Assembly (NCBI GenBank): GCA_951406725.2
Contig: OX597815.1
Span: forward strand, 103,602,001-103,666,000
Direction of reading: 5' to 3'
DNA length: 64,000 nucleotides
DNA from: Octopus vulgaris
Lineage: Eukaryota
Shown here: piece after piece, positions 52,286-64,000 of the stretch
Position numbering within the stretch: the stretch's first letter is position 1
How the letters are laid out: each line of letters starts with the position of its first letter
Notes under the pieces: generated by a model
Database searches by the model: none
Told to the model about the DNA's origin: nothing
What the model saw: only the letters and a program-made list of their open reading frames with translations
Program-made: the position numbers and the translations under genes

Positions 52286-55106
52286 GTCAATTAATCATTG
52301 GCGAATTTTCTTCAATGCTTTACACAGTCTTCCAATAAACTGTGATATCTTGAAGTTATACCTTTAAACTTGTTTATTTGTGGGCCATTGAAAATTTTTC
52401 TTGCTGGTATAATTATAATCTTTGTTGGTATAGGAATATATATTTTCTAGAATCAATAATCCACACGTTTAGCTGTTCTTCCAGTTAACACCAATTTTGT
52501 AATATCACTTGAAAAGTCATATTTTGTGAGCGGTGACGTTATCAGCCTACTTGCTTGTCTTCATCATTCTGGTATTGTTGGTTGCTCGCACAAAATGATT
52601 AGCTTCAGCTACGTTACCATCCTTTTTAGCATATGCAGTCATCTGTAGGATTTTACGCAATGAATATACAGAGGGCTTCTGCTTAAATCCAAATAGGAAA
52701 TAGAAGACAGTTATATATACTTAGTGAATGAAAGTAAGAGATGGAACTGAACCTAATGAGTTCTATGAGCTATTGCATGTATCCATTCAGCAAGTGGAAA
52801 AATATATTTGCAAAATAGCACATCAGCACTGGTAGTTGCCCACGATTATATATCACATCACTTGATGTTGAATGCATAGTGAAATGTTGCAATGAGCAGT
52901 CCTCACTTTCTTTATCACAGGCCAAATTTGAAAGTATTGCGAAAGTACTATTGATCTATATTTAATACTGAAATATTAATGTGTGTAATTTTACACTTTT
53001 CTTAATTTCAGTATATCCAAATTCTTAATAAAATGATAATATGTTTCGGAAGGTAAATTTTGAAAAATGTTTACGCGTTACAAAGTGTATTAAACATGCC
53101 GGCAAATAAATACACACGCACTCGCGCACGCGCAAACCCGCGCTCTCATGCACACGCACATAGATGTTACCCATCATTTCTTGGGTTATATCAAGAAATA
53201 TGACAGACAATAATTTTAAATTTAATTTTATCAAGCTATACGGCGCTTATACAAATTTACGAAATGAAATGAATACTAATTTTCAAAAGAAAATTATTTA
53301 TTATCTGGAAATAAAATTAAATAAAGCAAAATCTCATTTGTAAAACACCATTCATGATGTCTGTATCATTTACTCTTTCTCCTCCTTCTCCTCTACTCTC
53401 TTTGGAAACATTCTCTCTTGAGGTCTGAGTAAAGCATTTATTTTTTTATTGCTTGCCACGAAACATTCATCCTAAATCTTTTATGTTAACTCTCTCATTA
53501 ACTCTTTCTCTCTCTTCTCATACGGTGTAAATCATGGCTGAGAAAATAAATTAGTCGACCAAAATGTATAATACGTGCACTAAACCTTCACCTCTTATGT
53601 TAATTTTCGTTCTATTACTCTTTTACTCTCTCCCTCTCTATATGAGAAGTAAAGCATGACTGGAGAAATCAATCCAGCAACATTTACACCGGCTATTTGC
53701 ATATGTGTGTATGTGTGATTGTATGTGCGTACATAAATGCACACACAGACACTTAGGACTTGCCACTCACATATATGTTATAAAAGATTATTCTGTAATA
53801 TATTAATGGATATATAGATACAGACACATCTAAATATGGTTATGTGTCGTTGCGTAACTAACATTAAAGAATGGGGCGTGTTTTTGACAAAGAATTTATA
53901 TAATAATACGATCATGTATACTTATAAAGACATATGAAGCTAGTTGTGGATAATTATGATGCTGTCGCTGCTTTAGATTTACAGACAATAGCTTATGAAA
54001 AACTGTGAAGCAAATATATGTCAGAATTGGACAATGGCTTCACTCGTCTATGGAAACTGTGTCGATCAAGTCTTGTATTGATGATACACTGGGAATTCAA
54101 CAGTTGTTTAGAATGGTAAGTCATCTTATATAGATGTTGAATGATTTTCTGACCTGTACACATCAAATGTTATGAGTCAAAAACTTCACATAAAGTCATT
54201 TCAGTATTTCCATGGACAATATTACCCAATTGCAGCAGTGTATCATCAAATTATCTCGTTTTCCGAAATATCAACGTCTTGTATTCACGGTTTGTAATAT
54301 TCCATTCATGAAAGTTTGATTGGCTTTCAAGAGAAGCTTTTATTTCGTGAATACAAGCATTAATGTATGGAATCACATACAAATCTACTCAATCTTCTCA
54401 GCTGACGGATATATGATATGTCAGAAAGGTAACCTAAGTATATAATGTTATATACAATTATATACATAAATGCCACCATTTCGATTCGGAATTATTTCTA
54501 TTTAAGCTAAAGTGATATAGAGGACGTTATTGTTATTATGTATATTGCTTAGCGTTAGTTCTTCCATTTCTGATTGAGATCACAAACGTTTCAACACAGA
54601 GTATCCTGTCCTTCTCTTAGACATTTTTTATCCAGGAATATATTATTCATTACGCCACTCTTTTCAAATTAATAGGCTGAATGTTGAGTGAAATTTGGTT
54701 GTTACTCCTGACAAATAGGAACATTAAATAGTGAGTAGGTGGTTAGTTTTCTTTTCTTTGCTCATATTTGTCAACGTTTACTTTAAAAAAAAAAAAACCT
54801 AATTTTAGTCAACTGTAGAAGGCAAGTCCGATTCTAAACCGGATAATATCAAAGCCGTTACTGAAAAACATTTTGCTCTACACAAATTACCGTAAAACAT
54901 GTTTTAGTAATAGCAAGCTGCTTACATTAATACACACGTATTTGTCCCTTCAGTTATGCATACATTCAGGAGTATAACCAAATACACATGTCCGCAAAGT
55001 CACACAAGAGTACACACCGGAACGTATTCCACAGTCGTCTATAGGCTCAATAGCCAATGTAAGGATGGTTTCGAGTGTAGTGAAGTATAAAACAGATGGG
55101 TTGAGG

Positions 55107-55188
55107 TTCACTAAATCTGTTTCGGACGTGTTCTTTATTAATGAATAAAATTATTACATCATGTAAAACACCGTTTCCTTCAGGCGAA
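55107..55188 (-). ncRNA. Degenerate type I hammerhead with extended stem II
   Basis: Minus strand ttcgc-CTGAAGG-aaacggtgttt...gaacacgtcc-GAAAC-agat-tTA-gtgaa. Confidence 0.5.
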
Positions 55189-55423
55189 TGAAGAGTAAAT
55201 TTTAACATTTATGATTAAAAAGCAAAGATTGGAAACTTTCAGACGATAAATATTTCAGTATAAAATTATAGATGTTTATATTAATAGATCCAATTTACAC
55301 AGAGTACACACGACAGAAAAAATTTAAAGGGGAGGAAGTAAAGTGTTATAAATCCAACAACTGTTTCTGGGAGCTCTAAGATCCATTATAATGTCGGTAG
55401 ATGTAGTACACCACAATATGTAA

Positions 55424-55835
55424 GCCGTAGGCCTATTTGTTCTTTCCCAAATAAAACAACACTTCTCCAAACTCTCCGGAGGTATCTACAGAGATGATGC
55501 ACTTCTTGCATTATCTGGATTATCTCGACCTTCAGTTGACGCACCAAGAAAGCTCTCCCATAAACTCTTTAAGAATTATAACTTAAGTATCTTATTCAAA
55601 AACAACACTAAATTCGCCAATTTCTTAGACTTACGCTAGACTTAAATACAAATTTATATCACCCTTTTCATAAACCCAATCAATCATTAAAGTATATCTA
55701 CTTCCTATCAAATCAGACTAGAATGCCCTTAATAGTATAGTCACAGGCATTTCTATCAGTATCTGCTAATGAAGACATTTTTATCAATCATACCCAATAT
55801 TAAATTCAAGCTATCCAGATAAGTTGTTTCCGTGA
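55424..55835 (+). pseudogene. Penelope-like element reverse transcriptase fragment (Naiad-like)
   Basis: AVGLFVLSQIKQHFSKLSGGIYRDDALLALS..NFLDL/LDLNTNLYHPFHKPNQSLKYI..SN. Catalytic YRDD at 55487-55498, followed by FLD and KPN motifs. Frameshifted. Confidence 0.9.
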
Positions 55836-55839
55836 AAAG

Positions 55840-55968
55840 TTCTTCTTCTTCTTCTTCTTCTTCTTCTTCTTCTTCTTCTTCTTCTTCTTCTTCTTCTTCT
55901 TCTTCTTCTTCTTCTTCTTCTTCTTCTTCTTCTTCTTCTTCTTCTTCTTCTTCTTCTTCTTCTTCTTC
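55840..55968. repeat. (TTC)43 pure trinucleotide repeat
   Basis: Direct reading of the sequence. Confidence 0.95.
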
Positions 55969-56149
55969 GAAAAATATCTTAGGAATGAGAACCCAGGTGC
56001 GAAATTTCCCCCAAACACCTGATTGAAGGCTGGAGGGTATATCAACTGAAATGTTGGGTTAATAACAAACGAGATGAGGACAAATATCTATCAAGTGTAA
56101 ATAATCTAAATAATATACATAATTCCCCATCTTTCAAATATAAAACTGT
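55967..56149 (+). mobile_element. Family H SINE 3' part (hammerhead tail), degenerate
   Basis: cgaaaaatatcttaggaatgagaacccagg..aacacCTGATTGAaggctggagggtatatcaactGAAAtgttgggtt..gaggacaaatatc matches 19056-19172 and 18615-18750. Confidence 0.9.
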
Positions 56150-56157
56150 AAGACAAG

Positions 56158-56247
<90 letters not shown>

Positions 56248-57501
56248 TATACATACATACATACATACATACATAAGCAAAGTTTTATCTGAAATACAAG
56301 CTGAGCCTCCATCATATCAAGAAACAGAAATAAGGACGGTGCTGTCGATCTCACTGACTCATCATAAACTTACATGCTGGAAAGCTGCAAAAGTGTTATA
56401 ACTTAAACTGGCAATCACGCCGATGCTTGTACCCCAGCATGGACAAACCTCCGGATAAAAGAAGTAAAAGTAGTAAAATTAACATAAGAAAATCTAAGTG
56501 TAAATGCGCGCGTGTGTATATATGTACAAACATGTATGTGTCTGTATACATGCATATGTATACACACCCATACACTCTCTTACACATACATACATACATA
56601 CAGACAGACAGACGGACAGACAGAGATTGTAGGTGGGTGGGATAGAAAGTAAATCACGGGAAGAATGTTCATGAAAGTATGCAAGAGCAGTATGTAGTGA
56701 TATACTGAAGAGTTTTCATATACTATACAGAGAAAGATGAAAAGACGGGAAAAGCAACTAAAATATTGAAAAAGTGAGAAGACAGAAAAATGAAAGGTAG
56801 GTTGAAATGCGGGAGGAGAGAGTGAAAGAGGGAAGGATAGTGATTGATAGATAAAAGCTCTTCAGTTCAAAAGATTCAATTTCATTAGTATGAACGTCAG
56901 GAATCCATGTCAATTTCTAGCTATATAGTTTGTGGCATATTGGTTTCTCTTCCTTCTACACGCGCACACACATGCGCACACATGCGCAAACACAAACACA
57001 CGCACACACACACACATATGTATGCGCATGTATACTTGACTATAATTACTGTGTTGCTTGAAGACATGTGAAGTTGTGAAGCTGTGAAGCTGAAAGTGTT
57101 AAGTTGTTATAAATCTAAAAGACATAGCTCTGACATTGGCGAGATGTGGCTACAATTTTTTTTTCATTTTATTTATATTTTTGTCAATAGGACATGTACA
57201 GATATTAGATAGGGTCATAAATGTTCTTGAGTATGTGACACATATCTCTGCCAGTAATTAACTACGATCATACATCCTTCAGTTATTTTGCTACAAGATA
57301 TACATCTCCGCCAAAGAATTTATAATGTCATATAGTCCAGTTATTTGGCAATAGTTGAATTTCCGCCAGTGACCTGACATGAACATAGTTTCTTCATGCA
57401 TTTTCTATAAAAATCATATTGACGTCATATATGGTCACAGAAGATTTAGATATTTATCAAAAGTATATACATATTCATACACAAGCACACGCACGCACGC
57501 A

Positions 57502-57557
<56 letters not shown>

Positions 57558-57706
57558 ATTCATAAATGAGGGCAAAGGAAAAAAATTCTAATGCCAAATA
57601 TGCCGAAAAATTGGACATATTGTCCATTAACCATATAATTTTTTGACAATACGCACGCTACTCGAAAAAAGGTCGACAGAAATTTCTAAAACATTCCATT
57701 ATTACC

Positions 57707-57761
57707 ATATCGGACAGATTTCAGAGTTAGCTACTAAGAACCCTCTCTTCGTCAGTGATAC
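57707..57761 (-). ncRNA. Degenerate type I hammerhead
   Basis: Minus strand gtatca-CTGACGA-agagag..ctct-GAAA-tct-GTC-cgatat. Confidence 0.5.
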
Positions 57762-58179
57762 ATGTCGCAAAAGAAATAAATGAGATACTTACTCATACTC
57801 ATGGAGGAAGCAAATACTAAGTCACGGACACAACTAAGTACCCCAAATACATCCAATATAGAAATACTCCAGCCCATTCGAGGCACGAGCGATTTGATAT
57901 ATATATATATGGGTAATAATTGAGGAGTGAGTTACGTTACGCTAATAATATTTTCAGAAGTCAAACACGTATAGTAATAAACAAACGGACGGAAAAACAC
58001 AAAAGGTGAAGTTGAAAATATATATAGTAAATGCGCAGACGAATGGGGAGCAAATACAGGTCACCAACTCGTCATGAATATATATATATATATATATATA
58101 TATCGAGAGAGAGAGAGCGAGAGATACATATAAATATATATATATATACATATACATGAAAATAAATACATGCGTATCG

Positions 58180-58328
58180 GTATTCGCCATGATAGATCGC
58201 TAGCCACTAAATCTTTTCTATTTTCTGTCCCTGTTTATTTCTGTGTTCCTTTCTGTCGAAGAGGGTAGGCTCGAAACGTAAAAGACTTTCTCTCTTCCCG
58301 AGCGTTAAACTAAGACATATGTTTGTTG

Positions 58329-58332
<4 letters not shown>
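58180..58332 (+). mobile_element. Second copy of the 9560-9795 PLE-like family
   Basis: ccatgatagatcgctagccacta..cctttCTGTCGAagagggtaggctcGAAACGTAaaag. Confidence 0.75.
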
Positions 58333-58394
<62 letters not shown>

Positions 58395-58802
58395 CAGAAA
58401 CGCATTTACACGCACATACACACACGAGCGCGCCCACAAACAGACACGCACACACCTACACAGGCACACACACATATATATACATACGCTATCTAGATAT
58501 GCTCATGGACGTTTTATGCCTATTGGTTTTACATATCCACAAAAATAATGTATAAATAATTGGCAACAAGTAGCAAATACGATCAGTAAGACTTTCGTTC
58601 TTTCCCACATATCTCCACCACTTCTTGTTATTTTCTCATAGATACTTAGTCACTTGGTCAAATATCCACCTGCGCTTCTATATGACCATAATATGTATTA
58701 TGTATTTTACTAGAACTAGAAAAATGGAAATGAGAGATGTATCATTTTTCTTCTCCATCAAATACCAAGCAGCTGAAAATATTAATTTGAAGTAATATTG
58801 TT

Positions 58803-58885
<83 letters not shown>

Positions 58886-58895
58886 TATATACATA

Positions 58896-59057
58896 GCGCA
58901 GAAGTGACTGTGGGGTAAGAAGCTTGCCTCCCAACCACATGATTCTGAGTTCAGTCTCACTGTGTGGCACCTTGGCCAAGTGTCTTCTATTATAGCCTGA
59001 GCCCGACCAAAACCTTGTGAGTGGATTTGGTAGACGGAAACTGAAGGGAGTCTGTTG
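58896..59057 (+). mobile_element. SINE family A, 5' half
   Basis: gcgcagaagtgactgtggggtaagaagcttgcctcccaaccacatgattctgagttcagtctcactgtgtggcaccttggccaagtgtcttc..gtgagtggatttggtagacggaaactga. Confidence 0.9.
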
Positions 59058-59078
59058 TATATGTATATATATATTCAC

Positions 59079-59870
59079 AGCAAGACATAGGGAAGCCAAA
59101 ACAGCAAACGAACTTAAAAACCAGAAAAAAGAACAGAAATTATCTGATTGGCAGGAGAAGGCGTTGCATGGTAGATTCACAAAGATATTTGCAGCAAGTA
59201 GTAATAGTGGACATGGATATGGATGCAGAAAAGAAAGCTGGAGTGTGAGACAGAAAGTTTGTTAGTAGCTGCACAGGATCAAACTTTAAGAACTAATTGG
59301 ATAAAAGCCAAGATAGACAAAATCCAAGTAGATTCCCAGTGTAGGATTATGCAAATCAAGAGAGGAAAGTGTTATTCATATAGAAAGTAAATGCACCATG
59401 CTGGCACAGAGAGAATACAAGAAAAGACATGTCAATCTAGGGAGAGTTATCTACTGGAATGAACATGAACATGAACCTAGAAAAGTACTAGAAAGTAAGA
59501 AATACAAGATTTTGTGGGGCATTAACATTCAGACCGACAGAGTAATAAAAGCTAGAAGGCCTGATTTAGTAGTAGTAAATAAAGAGAATAGAACGTGCCA
59601 GATATTTGATTTTACAGTCCCAAATGATACAAATATGAATATGAGACGTATAGAAAAGATAGCAAAGTACCAGAACCTAGCCATTTAATTATAGAGACTA
59701 TGGAAAGTGTAGGTAAAATTTACCCCAGTTGTTATAGGTGTATTGGGAACTATCCCTAAATATCTGCACAGATAGATAGAGGAAATAGGCATAAAATCCT
59801 GTTTAGTACAACACCAGAAAGCAGTGTTATTAGTGACAGTAAGCATACTTCGGAGGGTTCTTCCAATGTT
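59079..59870 (+). pseudogene. R4/Dong-type non-LTR retrotransposon C-terminus (zinc knuckle and restriction-like endonuclease)
   Basis: WQEKALHGRF..ETESLLVAAQDQTLRT..CR/CK.REESVIHIESKC..YKKRH..KILW..IQTDRVIKARRPDLVVVNKE..FDFTVP..EKIAKYQNL..PVVIGVLGTIP. Frameshifts and stops present. Confidence 0.9.
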
Positions 59871-59924
59871 AGGTTTTCTTTTTCTTTTCCAATAATCTGT
59901 CGTGTATTTAAGAATATAATAATG

Positions 59925-60075
59925 ATAATAATAAGTCCCAACGAAAGGATAAAATTCCTAACCTCTGGTTGAATGCCCTCCCAGAAAGTCATGAGCTGCT
60001 AAAAAAAACTTTGCAATAACCTAGTATAATTCCCTTTTGGCTAGTTAACGGTGGGAACACAAACCGCCTCCTGTG
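59925..60075 (+). pseudogene. Possible RT N-terminal remnant of an R4-type LINE
   Basis: KSP./KDKIPNLWLNALPESHELL..PFWLVNG resembles the KSPGxDxIxNFWL..PxWL..G motif. Confidence 0.45.
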
Positions 60076-61915
60076 CTTGAAAATGACCACATCTCACTTT
60101 TCAGGAACTTCACCATTTAAACTGACAGAAACATAGATGCGAATTGGCTAGACATTATATTCAAGGACTTTAGACAAAAACATGATTTTCCCAAGATCAT
60201 GATTTTCCTGAAAGAAAAAAACATGATCTTGGAAAGAAAACCTTTGATCATATGTCTGTCCTGTCATTATTGACTTTGAGCTAAACAACAATATATCATT
60301 ATTAGTTAGTTTACTTACCCAGAAGTTTCATAATCAAAAACAAATTATTTTGTCTTTGCAAGACACTGAATGAAGAAAGGTTTATAGAATGATAATATCT
60401 GTCCTTGCCAAGCCGGAGGAATTCGGTGAGGTTGATGTTCAGATTGAACAATTGTTGATCGAGGTCTGAGAAAATCTTAGGACAGAATGAATTTCTAGAA
60501 AGAAAGGAAATTTTAGGATCTGTCTTGTGGGATGGTGAGATAAAGGTAACGTATATAAGATGCGGAAGTATAGTGCATGTGTGTATTAGAATTCAATGGG
60601 TTAACTTGTTGATAGTTCATTGTAATATGGTCAAAAAACGTGAGAGAAAATACAACACGTATGTAAGCTAATGGTTACAGCGAATCATTGATAATCAACT
60701 GAATTATGTTTTAATTTTTTTTACCCAAGTTTTCTGTTGCTGTCGCCTGAGTAATAGCACTATTCATTACATAGAAGCAATATTACATAGAAGCCACGTA
60801 CTTGAGATTTAGAAATGATATGTACATTTATCAGCTATCACTTAATGATGTTTCCAAAAATACTAAGTTTCCAATATATACTTAGTGCAGAGTCAAACGG
60901 CTTTATATGTTACTGTTTTTAAATAAAGCCCCAAGCAACAATTACTTCAACATCATTCAGTGTACCCGAAAATTTTAAACGAAAATTTAATATTCAATAG
61001 TATGTGAATTACCAAAGTAGGCAGACTTTCTATAATAAAATTAAAATTAACTGTTTGGCTACAACTGGAGAGAATATTATGGCTGTTTCCATGTTATTCT
61101 ACTTTCGAATTCGAGATAAGCATACAATGAACTGTAGTTTTCACAGGAAAAACCATGAAAAATCTGCTTCTTTTTCTTTGCCTTCATATTTATGTTACAC
61201 ATATGACAAAGATGTTTTTGTAAAAAATGAAAAAAAAATCCATAAGGATATGGTTGAATGAGGGAATATTCTTGTTCATGATCACATATTTTTGGAAGTT
61301 TCGACCTACAGGAAATATTTTCTTCATACACTGCTGAACAATGCCGATCGTTAATGTTAAAGGCTTGTGTACAGGGATGTTTCTAAGAGAACTCATTTCA
61401 TGTTAGTCGCTTCAGTGGTTATGATTTATGACAAAAATAGTAAATTCCGCATAAACACAGTTATAGTTATAGGTAAAAACATAATCACTGGAAAGCTGAT
61501 TTGCTTGATTAATATGGTTTTGTTTATATACAAGATCATAATTGAAGCAGTTATGATCGACCCGGAGGTTATATCAAGGATTTCCAGAAATATTCAAATC
61601 TTTATGTTTGTGTGTGTGTGTGTGTGAGGAGAGGTATTTAAATATCTGTGCGATTCTGTATCTTCATGCATGTATGTAACTGAGAGCTCACAAGAATTTG
61701 TTTGCGTTTATTAGTATATGTATAAATATAAACATCAGAGAGCGTCAACACACGCAGCGTCGAAATATTTCTTTCTACATACTTGATTTAGGAATTAGAA
61801 TGATAAAAACAGATATAAGAAAACGGCTTGAAAGCACCTTTACGTACTGTTACATACTCACGCGCGCACACACATACATGAATATATATATATTCGAACG
61901 CACGTGTGTATGTAC

Positions 61916-61960
<45 letters not shown>

Positions 61961-61998
61961 TATATGTATATACATATATGTGTGCATATGTACATGTA

Positions 61999-62044
<46 letters not shown>

Positions 62045-62421
62045 TATATATATATATATATATATAGGTAGATTGATAAATAGATAGATTGATTGATAGA
62101 AAGATATACATATGTGTATGTGGGGGAGTACTAATGTATGTTTATGTAATATTATACATAAGCAAAAATAAAATGAAAATTCTTGAACGCGCTCCCAATA
62201 CATTTAGGTTGAATAATAGATTCTTTCTACAAGGAAAAGTTTCACCGTACCTTCGAACTTTCAATGTTGATTGCCTTCGTCACACTGTTATACACACATG
62301 CATACTTGCTCTCTGTCTATATGCCTCTCTCTCTCTCTCTCTCTCTTTCCCTCTTCTCTCTCTGTCTCTCATACACACAGACTTGCACACACTTGCATAT
62401 ATATATACGTACACATATAAT

Positions 62422-62759
<338 letters not shown>

Positions 62760-63239
62760 TATATATGCATATGTAAATGCATTTATGTTCAGAGAGAGAA
62801 ACAAAGCAAAACAGAGATCGTCATACTACAGTCGTTTCGACAGCCTTATCAAGTGTGATATCATATATTTTGCCGTCATATTTCACGTATATTTTGTGTT
62901 ATGTGATCAAGAACGATCGCTACCTATCTCAATAATATCAAACCAAAATATAATACAGAAAACCATCAAAATATTTAGGAATTAGAACGTAATATATATA
63001 AGACATGATATGTAATAATGATCTAGAAAATATTTTCTAATGAATTATAAAGAAAGGTTTTATCTTTGCCAAAATGGTATCTTTTGTCTACTTAAACTTA
63101 ATGTTATATTTCTGCCATGGAAGCACAGAAAGGCTGACCAAGAATATGTCAATGGATAATTATATGTATCAGAATATGTTAAGGGATAATTGTATATATT
63201 GTTTTCGGTGTAGTACATAACAGATATAAAAATGTTACC

Positions 63240-63430
63240 GGTCTCGGTACAAGGACGGCAATTTTTTGAGGGGAATACCATTGACATCAGTACTCGACAC
63301 ATTTATGTACCTAGGAGGGATAAAAACCAGAGTTGTTCTTGGCAGTTTTTGAACTCAGAATCTAAAGAGCCTGAGGAAACACTGAAAAGAACTCTTTAGA
63401 CTCTCTAACGTTTCTATTTCTGCCACCCCA
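63240..63430 (-). mobile_element. Old Meta-like SINE copy
   Basis: cagtactcgac..gggataaaaaccagagttgttcttggcagtttttgaactcagaatc..ctctaacgtttc is a diverged reverse complement of the 47077 family. Confidence 0.5.
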
Positions 63431-63452
63431 CAGGTGTGATAGATAGATAGAT

Positions 63453-63503
<51 letters not shown>

Positions 63504-63550
63504 AGGAAAGAAAGAAAGAAAGAAAAAAGAAAGAAAGAGAGAAAGTAAAA

Positions 63551-63585
<35 letters not shown>

Positions 63586-63586
63586 C

Positions 63587-63654
<68 letters not shown>

Positions 63655-63819
63655 GAGCGGTGACTTTATTAAAGCCCACAAAACCTTTTTGGAGTAATGA
63701 CGGTGTGTGTTGTTCATGGTTAGAAGCCTGGCAGAGCCCACAACTCTCCCGAACAGAGAAAACAACAGACAAAAAGAGTGAGTAAAAGAGAAGAGTGGAC
63801 ATCACACATGACATCTACT

Positions 63820-63950
63820 CCTTGCATAGGGTTCGATAAAAGGAAAAGCAAATTGGACTTCACTGTTACTTGAACTCACAACAAAGAGAACATGAAGTTT
63901 GACCACAAAGCAATTTCTTCGGCTCTCGAAAGATTCTGCTAGTCGGCCTC
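63820..63950 (-). mobile_element. Old Meta-like SINE copy
   Basis: gataaaaggaaaagc..ttgaactcacaac..gattctgctagtcggcc. Confidence 0.4.
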
Positions 63951-64000
63951 ATTTAGGTACACATGCATACATGTGGTTGTGAATGAATATATGTATGTGT

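Overview
AT-rich eukaryotic non-coding DNA, dense in microsatellites. The SINE families resemble those I recall from Octopus (a coleoid cephalopod), which is an inference. I can support no host protein-coding gene, and nearly all listed ORFs are translations of microsatellites. The window holds at least four tRNA-derived SINE families, decayed mariner/Tc1 transposons, CR1-type and R4/Dong-type LINE fragments, and Penelope-like element (PLE) RT and GIY-YIG fragments that look Naiad-like. The most notable signal is more than ten type I hammerhead-ribozyme (HHR) motifs from several unrelated short non-autonomous families. These often sit as head-to-head inverted pairs. The clearest case (18601-19182) is a tRNA-headed SINE with an intact minimal hammerhead, inserted as an inverted dimer inside one 14-bp TSD and bridged by 53 bp that match DNA 1.66 kb away. 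Also present are a circularly permuted ~400-bp retrozyme-like unit and a miR-34-seed hairpin that overlaps a perfect RFX X-box.
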